A DNA stretch of 64,000 nucleotides from Saprospiraceae bacterium (GTDB lineage Bacteria > Bacteroidota > Bacteroidia > Chitinophagales > Saprospiraceae), in the NCBI GenBank assembly GCA_046296435.1, contig JBKBLI010000002.1, positions 32,738-96,737 of the forward strand, read 5' to 3'. Positions 1 to 9,082 of the stretch are shown piece after piece. Under the pieces are notes generated by a model that worked only from the letters and a program-made list of their open reading frames with translations, had not been told where the DNA came from and did not search any database. Position numbers and translations under genes: made by a program. The stretch's first letter is position 1; the number at the start of each line of letters is the position of its first letter.

Positions 1-2895
1 GCCGGAGAGGAGGGCGTCAATGAACTGCCCGCTTCGACGCGCGCATTGCCCCACAGCCGGCAATTTGCCGATCTGGGCGCCAAGCTCTTCCTGAATGCCC
101 AATATTTCGCCGGGCGCTCGGGCGCCGGCGCCGATGCAGAAAAGATGCTGGTGCTGGTCAAAGACGATCTGGAGGAAGATTTGCAGCCCCTGGTGGACTG
201 GAAGCGCCAACGCGGCATACACACGACCGTAGTCAAGTTGTCTGAAATCGGCTCTTCAGAGGCGTCCGCCGTGTATGATTTTGTGAAAAATTATTACGAC
301 GCGGAGGGCATAGCATACCTGCTGATCGCCGGCGACGAAAATGCTTTCAAACCGCTGATGCGACCCAGCGGCGGCACGCCGTATTCCTGCGACAATTGCT
401 TCGGGTACATGGAAGGCGACGACCACTTCCCGGAAGTGCTGGTGGGCCGCCTGCATGCCAAGGATCCCGCCCAGATGCGCATCATGGTCAATCGCAACCT
501 CGATTACGAAAAAACGCCGCTGGCCGACGCCGACAAAAACTGGTGCGCCGCCGGCTTGGCCGCATGTTCGAATGAAGGGGAGGGCATCGGCGACGACGAC
601 CAGGCCGACTATGAGCAAGGCAACGAGTGGAAAGCCAAACACCTGGCCGACGGATACGAACTGTACTGGGAATTCTACGAAGGCAGCCACGGCAACATAT
701 CGCCCACGCCGGGCCACTTCACGGCCGACAAACCCGGCAATCCGGTCAATACCGAAATCATACAGGTCATGAACGACCACGGCATCAGCCTGTACAACTA
801 CACGGGACACGGATGGGAGCAAGGTCTGGCAAGTGGAAACTTCAATGTGCAGGCGGTGGCGCAGTTGCGCAACACACACCGGTATCCGATCATCATAGGC
901 GTAGCTTGCTGCGCAGGCAATTTCACGAACAACAGCGGGGGCGATTGTCTCGGCGAAGCCCTCCAGCGCGCGGGCAATCCGAGCACCGGCGAAGCCTGGG
1001 GCAGCATTGCCGCCTTCATGTCGAGCGATTTTCAGAGTTGGGCGCCCCCCATGGAGGGCCAGGATGGCATGAATCAGTATCTGGTGGATGCCGACGGCAT
1101 CGCCTTGCGCCCCACCATCGGCGGCATGGCAGCCTACGGCAATGCGCTGATGATCGCTAAATACGGCCCCGGCGGCGAAACGATGGCTGATTTCTGGAAT
1201 CCGTTTACGGACCCGACCACGGCGCCCCGCACGCGACTCCCTCAGCCTATGGCCGCCTCGCACACGTCGGTGATGTTCATCGGCGCTTCGAGCATGGACG
1301 TACAGAGCGACGTAGAGGGCGCCCTGGCCGCCCTCTACTGGCAAGGCCAGACCCTGGCGGTCGCTTATGTCGAAAATGGCATTGCCGCGCTCAACTTCCC
1401 GGCGCTTGATGCAGTGGGCGATCTGACGCTCACGCTCACGCAATTCAATCACGCGCCCTATCAGAGCGAAATCAGCGTGACGCCGGCCGCCGGCCCTTAT
1501 GTGGCCCAGTCCGCTTTTGCCATCAACGACCTGGCTTTTGGCAACAACAACCAACGGGCCGACTACGGCGAAACGGTGGCCGTTGACCTGACGCTCACCA
1601 ATCTCGGCGTCAGCGCTGCAATGGCAACCAAAGCCACCCTCAGCGCCGACGACGACAACGTGGTTGTCCTGATCAACGAAGCGGTAGCGGGAGATATCGC
1701 CGCCGGTGAGAGCGTGAGCCTTTCGGAGGCCTTTGTCTTCAAGGTGAACGATGACGCGCTCAACAATTACGTGGTCAGTTTTGTGCTGCAAATCGAGTTC
1801 GACGGCGACCAGCAGACCTTCAACGTGCCGGTCAAGCTCTATGCGCCTGAGTTGGCCGTTGGCGCGCATTCTCTGAACGACGCTGCGCCCAATGGCAACA
1901 ACAACAAGCGCTTCGACAGCGGCGAGACGGTATATGTGACCGTCAAAAACGCCAATACGGGCGGCAGTCTGAGTCCGGAAGCGACCGCTTTGCTGACGAG
2001 CGACTCGCCCTGGCTGAACATCGATGGGCCTGTGGCGCTCGCCGCCCTCGCGCCCGACCAATCGCCCACAGATGCGGTATTTGCCGTGACCGTAAGCCCG
2101 GATGCGCCTCAGGCGCAGAAGGCGCGATTGTTCTACAATGTACAAGCAGGCGCCTATACGGCGCAGAAAGAATTGGGCGCATTTGTGATCAATGCCATTG
2201 TGGAAGATTACGAAAAGCTCAACTTCTCTTCTTTCCCCTGGCAATTTGGCGGCGCCAAACCCTGGGTGATCGCGTTGAGCGGCGCCTACAAGGGCAAATA
2301 TTGCTCGCGCTCAGGCAGCATCACCCACGCTCAAAAATCACAGATGAAACTCACGCTCGACGTAAAAGAAGACGGCGAAGTGTCGTTTGCTTATCGGGTG
2401 AGCAGCGAGCCGGAGTACGACGTGTTGCGCTTTTACATCGACGATGTCGCGCAAGGGACATGGAGCGGCGAAGTACCTTGGAGCGAGGTCAGCTTCCCGG
2501 TATCCCAGGGCGAACACACGCTGATGTGGAGCTATGAAAAAGACGATATTGTCAACGGAGGAATCGATCGCGCTTTTGTGGATGAAATATTTCTGCCCGC
2601 TTTTACGCAGTCGGTCTTGACGGATCAGCCAGACTGGCTGAGAGCGGATTACAGGGTCTATCCCAATCCCACAGCCGATTGGGTCTTTGTGGATTTTGAA
2701 CTGGCGGATGACGCCGAACTGGGCGTCATGATTTATGACGCGCAAGGTCGAACAATCCACCAAACGGCCACGCCAACGCGCCGTACCGGCGCGCATACCA
2801 TGCGCTTTGATCTGAGCGCCCAACCTGCGGGCGTTTATTGGGTCGCCCTGTTCAACGCCGGCGGCGTGCTGAAAGCGACAAAAGTAGTCCGGTAA
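1..2895 (+). CDS. Peptidase C25 (gingipain-like cysteine protease) with T9SS type-A C-terminal sorting domain; 5' end probably lies outside the window
   Basis: The reading frame is open from nt 1, and the track start at 46 is a TTG. The motifs YNYTGHGWEQG and IIGVACCAGNF match the C25 catalytic His and Cys contexts. The last ~80 aa (YRVYPNPTADWVFVDF...GVYWVALFNAGGVLKATKVVR) resemble a Por/T9SS CTD. Confidence 0.85.
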   Translation, partial: AGEEGVNELPASTRALPHSRQFADLGAKLFLNAQYFAGRSGAGADAEKMLVLVKDDLEEDLQPLVDWKRQRGIHTTVVKLSEIGSSEASAVYDFVKNYYDAEGIAYLLIAGDENAFKPLMRPSGGTPYSCDNCFGYMEGDDHFPEVLVGRLHAKDPAQMRIMVNRNLDYEKTPLADADKNWCAAGLAACSNEGEGIGDDDQADYEQGNEWKAKHLADGYELYWEFYEGSHGNISPTPGHFTADKPGNPVNTEIIQVMNDHGISLYNYTGHGWEQGLASGNFNVQAVAQLRNTHRYPIIIGVACCAGNFTNNSGGDCLGEALQRAGNPSTGEAWGSIAAFMSSDFQSWAPPMEGQDGMNQYLVDADGIALRPTIGGMAAYGNALMIAKYGPGGETMADFWNPFTDPTTAPRTRLPQPMAASHTSVMFIGASSMDVQSDVEGALAALYWQGQTLAVAYVENGIAALNFPALDAVGDLTLTLTQFNHAPYQSEISVTPAAGPYVAQSAFAINDLAFGNNNQRADYGETVAVDLTLTNLGVSAAMATKATLSADDDNVVVLINEAVAGDIAAGESVSLSEAFVFKVNDDALNNYVVSFVLQIEFDGDQQTFNVPVKLYAPELAVGAHSLNDAAPNGNNNKRFDSGETVYVTVKNANTGGSLSPEATALLTSDSPWLNIDGPVALAALAPDQSPTDAVFAVTVSPDAPQAQKARLFYNVQAGAYTAQKELGAFVINAIVEDYEKLNFSSFPWQFGGAKPWVIALSGAYKGKYCSRSGSITHAQKSQMKLTLDVKEDGEVSFAYRVSSEPEYDVLRFYIDDVAQGTWSGEVPWSEVSFPVSQGEHTLMWSYEKDDIVNGGIDRAFVDEIFLPAFTQSVLTDQPDWLRADYRVYPNPTADWVFVDFELADDAELGVMIYDAQGRTIHQTATPTRRTGAHTMRFDLSAQPAGVYWVALFNAGGVLKATKVVR

Positions 2896-2929
2896 GCCGA
2901 CGGGCCGGACTTGCTCTGAATATCTGATT

Positions 2930-2969
2930 AAGGCCAGGGCCATCCATGCGCATGGATGGCCCTGGCCTT
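2930..2969. terminator. Bidirectional hairpin terminator (perfect 40-nt palindrome)
   Basis: AAGGCCAGGGCCATCCATGCGCATGGATGGCCCTGGCCTT is self-complementary. It sits between the convergent stop codons at 2895 and 3017. Confidence 0.6.
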
Positions 2970-3016
2970 GTCAAAGACGTATCGAGGTCTGAAAGGGCTT
3001 CACACTGAGCGTCGCC

Positions 3017-3562
3017 TCAAAGGATGCGGTGAATGCGTTCGATATCCTGATCCATTTGCAGCAACACGGCGGCATGGGTCTGCTCAAAGGCTTTGTGCGC
3101 TTTCTGAAGTTTTTCGGATTCGAGGTTGCGCGAGGTGGTCGCTTGTTCGATTTGGTTGAGATAGCCGCCGATTTCGTCTTGCAAGCGCGCAATTTCGGCC
3201 TTGTTGCGGTCGATCTGATCTTGCAGGCGCTTGATCTCGGACTCTTTCGCCAGCACTTTTTGCGCCGTTTGTTCATTGAGGGCCGATTCAAAATGGCTTT
3301 TTTCCTTGCCGATTACGTCCCGGTAATAGTTGGCGGTTTCGATTAGTTTTTCTTTGGTCAGACCTACCTGCGCGGCAGTGGTAAAAGCGCTTTTATAGGC
3401 GACCGCCTCGTCCAAGCCATCGCGCATAAGGGCGCTTACCGAGCGCTTGAACTCGTAATAATCGAAGCCCGGCAAGTTATTTTTTTCGATAGCGAGCACC
3501 AAGAACTCTAAGCTGCGCGCATCGAGGTTGTCGGAGTTAAAGAGGGTGTTGCTGGAAGCCAT
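3017..3562 (-). CDS. Hypothetical coiled-coil protein (181 aa)
   Basis: The track ORF 3017..3733 overlaps a tRNA, so I trimmed it to the internal ATG at 3562 (MASSNTLFNSD...). The C-terminal half is heptad-like and rich in Q, E, K and L. I recognise no family. Confidence 0.6.
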   Translation of the reverse strand: MASSNTLFNSDNLDARSLEFLVLAIEKNNLPGFDYYEFKRSVSALMRDGLDEAVAYKSAFTTAAQVGLTKEKLIETANYYRDVIGKEKSHFESALNEQTAQKVLAKESEIKRLQDQIDRNKAEIARLQDEIGGYLNQIEQATTSRNLESEKLQKAHKAFEQTHAAVLLQMDQDIERIHRIL

Positions 3563-3645
3563 TTTTTGCTTTGTTTTTGAGTTTTTAAAAAAATTGCCGC
3601 AAATATACGCAAATTGGCCGTAACTTTGCGGCGCTTTTTTTGGAT

Positions 3646-3717
3646 GGTCCCGTAGTTCAATGGATAGAATGGAGGTTTCCGGAGCCTCAGATAGTGGTTC
3701 GATTCCACTCGGGACTA
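3646..3717 (+). tRNA. tRNA-Arg (anticodon CCG)
   Basis: I folded it by hand into a cloverleaf. The acceptor is GGTCCCG/CGGGACT with a G1-U72 wobble, and the D stem is GTTC/GAAT. The anticodon stem is GAGGT/GCCTC with loop TTCCGGA (anticodon CCG). The T arm is AGTGG-TTCGATT-CCACT and the discriminator is A. No CCA is encoded. Confidence 0.85.
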
Positions 3718-3757
3718 CAAGGGGTGGCGGCAAGCGTCAAACCGCACTCTATGTACG

Positions 3758-4369
3758 ATGGGTAATTATGCCAAAATCAATGTTCTGCTCGGAGTGTTAG
3801 CCATCGCTTTAAGCGTACTGACCTGCAAAACGCTTGCCCAAAAATCGGAGCCCTCCCCTGCTCCGATTCCCTCGCAGACACCCCAGAGTTCCTTTTCGAA
3901 CGAGATTCTTGGCGTCAAAGCGCTGCGCGTCAGCGAGAGCGCGGAGGAGACGCCGGGCGTGCGTCAAATCGAACAAACGCCTCCTTACGTGCACGTGCCG
4001 GTTGACGGCATTCAGCCCCCAAGCGCCAGCCGTCGCGCCTATCTGAGTACGGGATGGTGGCATTTGAACATGGCCTTTCAGCCAACCGACTCGACGATCC
4101 ATAAACATTATATTCACAAGTGGTTGCGGTTTTACGAGGATCAACGATTCGAGGTGCTGGTCAAGAATCAGGTGGTAGATCAAGGGCGCTGGAACTGGGA
4201 CGAAGGCGCGGCAGAGATTTATCTGGCTTGTAAGGACCCGTACGTCAACAACGTGTGGACCGTCAAGGACAATGGATATGTGATGATCTGGAAAGGAAAC
4301 AACGCCATCAATGCCACAGGCATACAGATTCGCGTGGTCGGGTCCCGCACGCCTCCGCCGTCCAACTGA
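3758..4369 (+). CDS. Hypothetical secreted protein or lipoprotein (203 aa)
   Basis: It has an ATG start and an N-terminal hydrophobic signal (VLLGVLAIALSVLTC). I recognise no family. Confidence 0.6.
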   Translation: MGNYAKINVLLGVLAIALSVLTCKTLAQKSEPSPAPIPSQTPQSSFSNEILGVKALRVSESAEETPGVRQIEQTPPYVHVPVDGIQPPSASRRAYLSTGWWHLNMAFQPTDSTIHKHYIHKWLRFYEDQRFEVLVKNQVVDQGRWNWDEGAAEIYLACKDPYVNNVWTVKDNGYVMIWKGNNAINATGIQIRVVGSRTPPPSN

Positions 4370-4392
4370 GCTTTTTTTTTTCAAAAAATAAC

Positions 4393-5781
4393 ATGAAGCG
4401 TATTACCTTGTCCCTGCTCGTCTGCGCAATGCTCTGGGGCGGATGTCAGCCGCCAAATTCTACCGATCAAAAGTCGGCGCAAGGCGCCGCCGGGGCGCGG
4501 CAGGCGCCGGCGTGGGCCGCAGGCGCCATATTGTACCAGGTCAATGTGCGACAGTTCTCGCCGGAGGGCAATTTTGCCGGCTTAGAGGCGCAACTGCCCC
4601 GTATCAGCGAGATGGGGTTCAATGTGATTTGGCTGATGCCCATACATCCTATTGGCGTAAAGAACCGCAAGGGCGCCCTCGGCAGCCCGTACTCGGTGCG
4701 CGATTTCGAAGCGATCAATCCTGAGTTCGGCACGGAGGAAGATTTTCGCAAACTGGTGCGCGCAGCGCACAACCTTGGCCTAAAGGTAATCCTGGACTGG
4801 GTACCCAATCACAGCGCCTGGGATTGTGTATGGATGTCGGATCATCCGGAGTACTACACGCGCTACAACGGCGAACTGACGACGCCCCTCAACGAGCGCG
4901 GCGAACCGATAACCGACTGGGCCGACGTATGCGATCTGGACTACGGCAACGCGGGTTTGCGCCAAGCCATGATCGATGCGATGCTGTATTGGGTGCGCGA
5001 GTTTGACATCGACGGCTACAGGGTGGATCAGGCCGGCTTGGTCCCCACCGACTTCTGGTCGGCGTGTTGCGCGGCTTTGGGCGCGGTGAAGCCCCTGCTG
5101 ATGATCGCGGAGTGGGAGGATGAGCCGGAGCATTTTCGCACCTGCTTTCAGGCCAATTATGCGTGGCGCTGGAAGGATGTGACGCGCGATATTGCGGCGC
5201 GCAAGCAGCGCGCCGTCGCTTTAGATACCTTGAAGGCCTTCAACGACGGACGCTTCCCGAAGGGCTACTGGCAGTTGCTGTTCACCCAGAATCACGACGA
5301 GAATGCGTGGCATGGAACCGAAGCGGAGACATACGGAGAGGCGTCAGACGCGTTTACGCTGCTGGCATTCACGTTGCCCGGTCTGCCCATGGCCTACAAC
5401 GGCCAGGAGGATCGCTTAGCGCAGCGGCTGGCTTTTTTCGATCGGGATCCGATCCGTTGGAAGGATTATGCCCGAGCGCCTTTTTTCAAAAACCTGTGCG
5501 CGCTGCGCGCACAAAATACAGCCTTGCGCGCCGACGGCCTTTTCGAAAAACTCAAAACGAACCAGGACGAACACCTCTATGCTTTTGCACGCCGCGAGGG
5601 AGGCGACAAAGTTATTGTGATCGTCAATTTGAGTCCCGAGCAAAGGGACGCGACCTGTATCATACCGCCGCCGTTGCAGGGAGCGTACAATGATTTGTTT
5701 GCGGCTTCCTCCGTACAGATTAGGGCCAAAGAGCGCTTGCAACTCAAGCCCTGGGGGTACCTTGTGTTATATGCCCAGTGA
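4393..5781 (+). CDS. Alpha-amylase family glycoside hydrolase (GH13), lipoprotein
   Basis: I trimmed the start to the ATG at 4393 (MKRITLSLLVCAMLWGGCQPP, a lipobox). GH13 conserved regions are present: DWVPNHS, GYRVDQA, IAEWEDE and FTQNHDE. Confidence 0.85.
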   Translation: MKRITLSLLVCAMLWGGCQPPNSTDQKSAQGAAGARQAPAWAAGAILYQVNVRQFSPEGNFAGLEAQLPRISEMGFNVIWLMPIHPIGVKNRKGALGSPYSVRDFEAINPEFGTEEDFRKLVRAAHNLGLKVILDWVPNHSAWDCVWMSDHPEYYTRYNGELTTPLNERGEPITDWADVCDLDYGNAGLRQAMIDAMLYWVREFDIDGYRVDQAGLVPTDFWSACCAALGAVKPLLMIAEWEDEPEHFRTCFQANYAWRWKDVTRDIAARKQRAVALDTLKAFNDGRFPKGYWQLLFTQNHDENAWHGTEAETYGEASDAFTLLAFTLPGLPMAYNGQEDRLAQRLAFFDRDPIRWKDYARAPFFKNLCALRAQNTALRADGLFEKLKTNQDEHLYAFARREGGDKVIVIVNLSPEQRDATCIIPPPLQGAYNDLFAASSVQIRAKERLQLKPWGYLVLYAQ

Positions 5782-5817
5782 CATATACCTCAGCTGACCT
5801 ACTCAAAACACCTCTCC

Positions 5818-7785
5818 ATGCCCGAAAAGGAATACTCGCGTGCCCATCACCATAAATTGAGCGTTGCCGGATTGCTGATTACGCTCGGTATTATTTATGG
5901 CGATATTGGCACATCGCCGCTTTATGTGATGCGCGCAGTCGCAGGCTCCGGCAATATCGACGCATTTGTGATACTGGGCGGCGTGTCGTTGGTTTTTTGG
6001 ACGCTAACCATTCAGACCACCCTCAAGTATGTTACGCTGGTGCTACGCGCCGACAACAAAGGCGAGGGCGGTATTTTTTCACTTTACACGCTGGTGCGCC
6101 GACGGCGGCGCTGGCTGCTTTACCCGGCCATGGTCGGCGGCAGCGCTGTGCTATCGGAGGGTATGATCACGCCGCCAATATCTGTCTCGTCGGCCATCGA
6201 GGGCTTGCACTCGATCGATAGCTTGAAGGATGCGCATATTCCGACGGTACAGATCACGATGGGCATCATCTCGGCGCTGTTTTTGTTCCAACGATTTGGC
6301 ACGGCGGCGGTGGGGCGTTTTTTTGGTCCGATCATGCTGGTATGGTTCAGCATGCTGGGCGTATTGGGCGCGGCGTACGCTTTTCAGAGTCCCGAGGTAT
6401 TTCGCGCGATCAATCCTTGGTATGCCATACACCTGCTTCAGAGCTACCCCAACGCTTTAGTCATCATGGGCGCCGTGTTTCTGTGCACGACAGGCGCAGA
6501 GGCGCTCTACGCAGATCTGGGGCACTGTGGCAAGCAAAATATCCGGATCAGTTGGGTAGCGGTCAAAACCTGTCTTCTGCTTAATTACTTTGGACAAGCG
6601 GCGTGGGCCATCGATTTTGATGGCAGGCCCTTGCCAAGCGAAAGCCCCAATCCATTCTATGGCATCATGCCCGAATGGTTTTTGCCGGTTGGTATCGGGG
6701 TTGCGACATTGGCTGCGATTATTGCCAGTCAGGCCATGATTTCGGGATCGTTCACGCTGGTAAGCGAAGCCATCCGCTTGGGTCTGATGCCCAAGTTGAC
6801 GGTGATTTTCCCAACCGATATGAAGGGCCAACTGTATGTGCCGGCCGTCAATACCTTGCTCTGGATAGGCTGTATGGTCGTGACCTGGTATTTTGAGGAA
6901 AGCGAAAAAATGGAAGCGGCCTATGGGCTGTCGGTTACTATCACGATGATGATGACCACCATGCTGCTGGCCAATTTCTTTGTGTTCAATCGGGTGCATC
7001 CGATATGGATCTGGCTGTTCCTGGGGGTTTACCTGACGTTTGAGGGCGTATTTTTTACGGCCAATCTCCTCAAGTTCAAGGATGGCGGCTTTATCACCGT
7101 CATGATTGCTTCGATCATCTTCTCGCTCATGTTTGTGTGGGTGCGGGCCAAAAAAATAAAAAATCGCTTCATCCAAAATGTGAAAATCAACGATTACCTC
7201 GACCAGTTGATTGCGTTGAGCAACGACGAGGAGGTGCCCAAATACGCCACCAATCTCGTATTCCTGAGCAATGCCAAGTCGCCGCGTAAAGTGGAGGAAA
7301 AAATCCTTTACTCCATCCTTCAAACGCAGCCCAAACGGGCAGACATCTATTGGTTTGTCCATATTGAAGTGACTGACGAGCCCTATACCATGGAGTACAA
7401 AGTCACTACGCTGGCCCCCGACGATGTGTATAAAATTGTGTTCCGGCTGGGGTTCCGGGTCGAACAGCGGATGAATCTCTTCCTCCGCAAAGTCATCGGC
7501 AAGTTGGTGGAAGAGGGCGAAGTAAATATCCAGACCAGATACCATACCTCGCACGACGAAGTGCAAACCGGCGACTTCCGCTTTGTGATCATCCAGGAGT
7601 TTTTGTCGCACGAAAACGACCTGCCCTTCTTCGAGCAAATTGTGCTCAATCTCTATCTGAACGTCAAAAGCCTCACAGCTTCGCCACAGAACTGGTTTGG
7701 ATTAGATAGCGACTCGGTGGTGATCGAAAAAGCGCCGCTGGTCATACGTCCGGTCCGCGCGCTCAACCTCAAACGCATTGAATAA
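5818..7785 (+). CDS. kup: KUP/HAK/KT family potassium transporter
   Basis: It is 655 aa and polytopic. The N-terminal signature GDIGTSPLYV and the overall Kup architecture (membrane domain plus cytoplasmic C-terminal domain) are present. Confidence 0.9.
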   Translation: MPEKEYSRAHHHKLSVAGLLITLGIIYGDIGTSPLYVMRAVAGSGNIDAFVILGGVSLVFWTLTIQTTLKYVTLVLRADNKGEGGIFSLYTLVRRRRRWLLYPAMVGGSAVLSEGMITPPISVSSAIEGLHSIDSLKDAHIPTVQITMGIISALFLFQRFGTAAVGRFFGPIMLVWFSMLGVLGAAYAFQSPEVFRAINPWYAIHLLQSYPNALVIMGAVFLCTTGAEALYADLGHCGKQNIRISWVAVKTCLLLNYFGQAAWAIDFDGRPLPSESPNPFYGIMPEWFLPVGIGVATLAAIIASQAMISGSFTLVSEAIRLGLMPKLTVIFPTDMKGQLYVPAVNTLLWIGCMVVTWYFEESEKMEAAYGLSVTITMMMTTMLLANFFVFNRVHPIWIWLFLGVYLTFEGVFFTANLLKFKDGGFITVMIASIIFSLMFVWVRAKKIKNRFIQNVKINDYLDQLIALSNDEEVPKYATNLVFLSNAKSPRKVEEKILYSILQTQPKRADIYWFVHIEVTDEPYTMEYKVTTLAPDDVYKIVFRLGFRVEQRMNLFLRKVIGKLVEEGEVNIQTRYHTSHDEVQTGDFRFVIIQEFLSHENDLPFFEQIVLNLYLNVKSLTASPQNWFGLDSDSVVIEKAPLVIRPVRALNLKRIE

Positions 7786-8770
7786 GGCGGTGAAAGTATT
7801 GGTCTGTCGCTTCAGTTCGATCGGCGATATTGTGTTGACGACGCCGGTACTGCGGGCCATCCGTCAACAGACAGGCGCCGAGGTGCACGCCTTAGTCAAG
7901 AGGAATTACGCCGAGGCCCTGTCGGGCAATCCTTATCTCAGCGCAATACATACCTTCGACCGAAAATTGTCCGAAGTCTTGCCGGAACTGCGCCGCCAGG
8001 GCTTCGGCCACGTGGTGGATCTGCATGGCAACCTTCGCAGCAGCCTCCTGCGCATGGCGCTGGGACGCCCGGCGAGCGTATTCCCCAAGCTCAATATGCG
8101 CAAATACCTCTACACCCGATTCGGCGTCAATACTTTGCCCGCCGTGCATATCGTGGAGCGCTACATGCAGGCTGCGGCGCCCCTCGGCGCGCGCTACGAC
8201 GGTCAGGGGCTGGACTTTTTTATCCCGCCTGAGCAGGAATTGCCCGCCCATACCTTACCCCCCTCGCCCTATGTCGCGGTGGCGCTTGGCGCGGCCCATG
8301 CCACCAAACGCATGCCCTTGCCCTTACTCAGGTCGGTCATCGCCCTGCTCCCTTGCCCTGTCGTCCTACTCGGCGGCCCCGCCGAAGGCGCCGACGGCGA
8401 GCGGCTGGCGGCTTTTTTCCCTGGCAAGGCTTTCAATTACTGCGGGGCGCTGCGTCTGGGCGGCTCGGCGTCGGTACTGCGGCAAGCCGCAGCCGTGCTA
8501 ACGCCCGATACAGGGCTGATGCACATCGCGGCAGCGCTGCGCCGCCCTATCGTGAGCGTATGGGGCAACACCGTGCCCGCCTTCGGAATGACGCCCTTGT
8601 ACCCCGATGGTTTCAGCCCGCGGGCGGTCGTCTGCGAAGTCGCCGGATTGCGCTGCAGGCCCTGCTCCAAGATCGGCCATCCCGCCTGTCCAAAGGGACA
8701 TTTTGACTGCATGGGGCGTCAAGATCCGGCGGCGATTGCCCGCGCCTTGACAAGCCTTCTGGATGGCTGA
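7778..8770 (+). CDS. Glycosyltransferase family 9 (heptosyltransferase-like)
   Basis: The N-terminus KVLVCRFSSIGDIVLTTPVLRAIR is typical of GT9. The track start is a TTG at 7778 that overlaps the kup stop codon. A GTG at 7790 (MKVLVCRF) is an equally plausible start. Confidence 0.75.
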   Translation: MNKAVKVLVCRFSSIGDIVLTTPVLRAIRQQTGAEVHALVKRNYAEALSGNPYLSAIHTFDRKLSEVLPELRRQGFGHVVDLHGNLRSSLLRMALGRPASVFPKLNMRKYLYTRFGVNTLPAVHIVERYMQAAAPLGARYDGQGLDFFIPPEQELPAHTLPPSPYVAVALGAAHATKRMPLPLLRSVIALLPCPVVLLGGPAEGADGERLAAFFPGKAFNYCGALRLGGSASVLRQAAAVLTPDTGLMHIAAALRRPIVSVWGNTVPAFGMTPLYPDGFSPRAVVCEVAGLRCRPCSKIGHPACPKGHFDCMGRQDPAAIARALTSLLDG

Positions 8771-9082
8771 GAAAAAAGCGCCCGGCCGGAAGTTTTTTTG
8801 CACGGCGAGGTCCCGCGTCCTTTTCACGAGCCTTTTTTTCAAAAAAAGCAAGCGGGTATAAGATGGCTCCAGAGGGGAGCTTAAGTCCTGAAAGACGCCT
8901 GCAAAATTCTGCGTTTCAGCCTGCCTGAATAGCCGTTTTGGAGAATATTTGTTCCTGTACCGGAATTTCTTTGTTTTCTTTGCAAAGAATTACGCGCGGA
9001 CGGCCTTTCCCTATAACCACAGCGCACACCCTGCGCTGCCGGCCGAAAGGTTGCTTGTTTCGCATGGATTAAAAGTCGTAAT

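Noticed and set aside
256-2244. Long antisense ORFs in the track. Examples are 256..2244(-) 662 aa, 6457..7638(-) 393 aa, 33168..34178(-) 336 aa, 47541..48443(+) 300 aa, 57711..58781(-) 356 aa and 61283..62386(+) 367 aa.
   Set aside because: Each lies entirely opposite a gene with strong family-level similarity (C25 protease, kup, DUF2851, M16 peptidase, thiolase, TolC). Their translations are Arg/Gly/His/Val-rich and low in complexity, which is typical of stop-poor antisense frames in GC-rich DNA. None shows a recognisable motif.
3563-3733. The 5' extension of ORF 3017..3733 and similar N-terminal extensions of many track ORFs. Examples are 4255, 15699..16649, 23345, 24775, 26525..27808, 31997, 32925, 35897, 40589..41779, 45074..46153, 48557..49624, 50445, 52568..53146, 55211, 59010 and 61184..62914.
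   Set aside because: The 3017..3733 extension overlaps the tRNA-Arg gene. The other extensions run through promoter boxes, T/A-run motifs or neighbouring genes, and they precede an internal ATG that begins a canonical signal peptide or conserved N-terminus. I used the internal starts.
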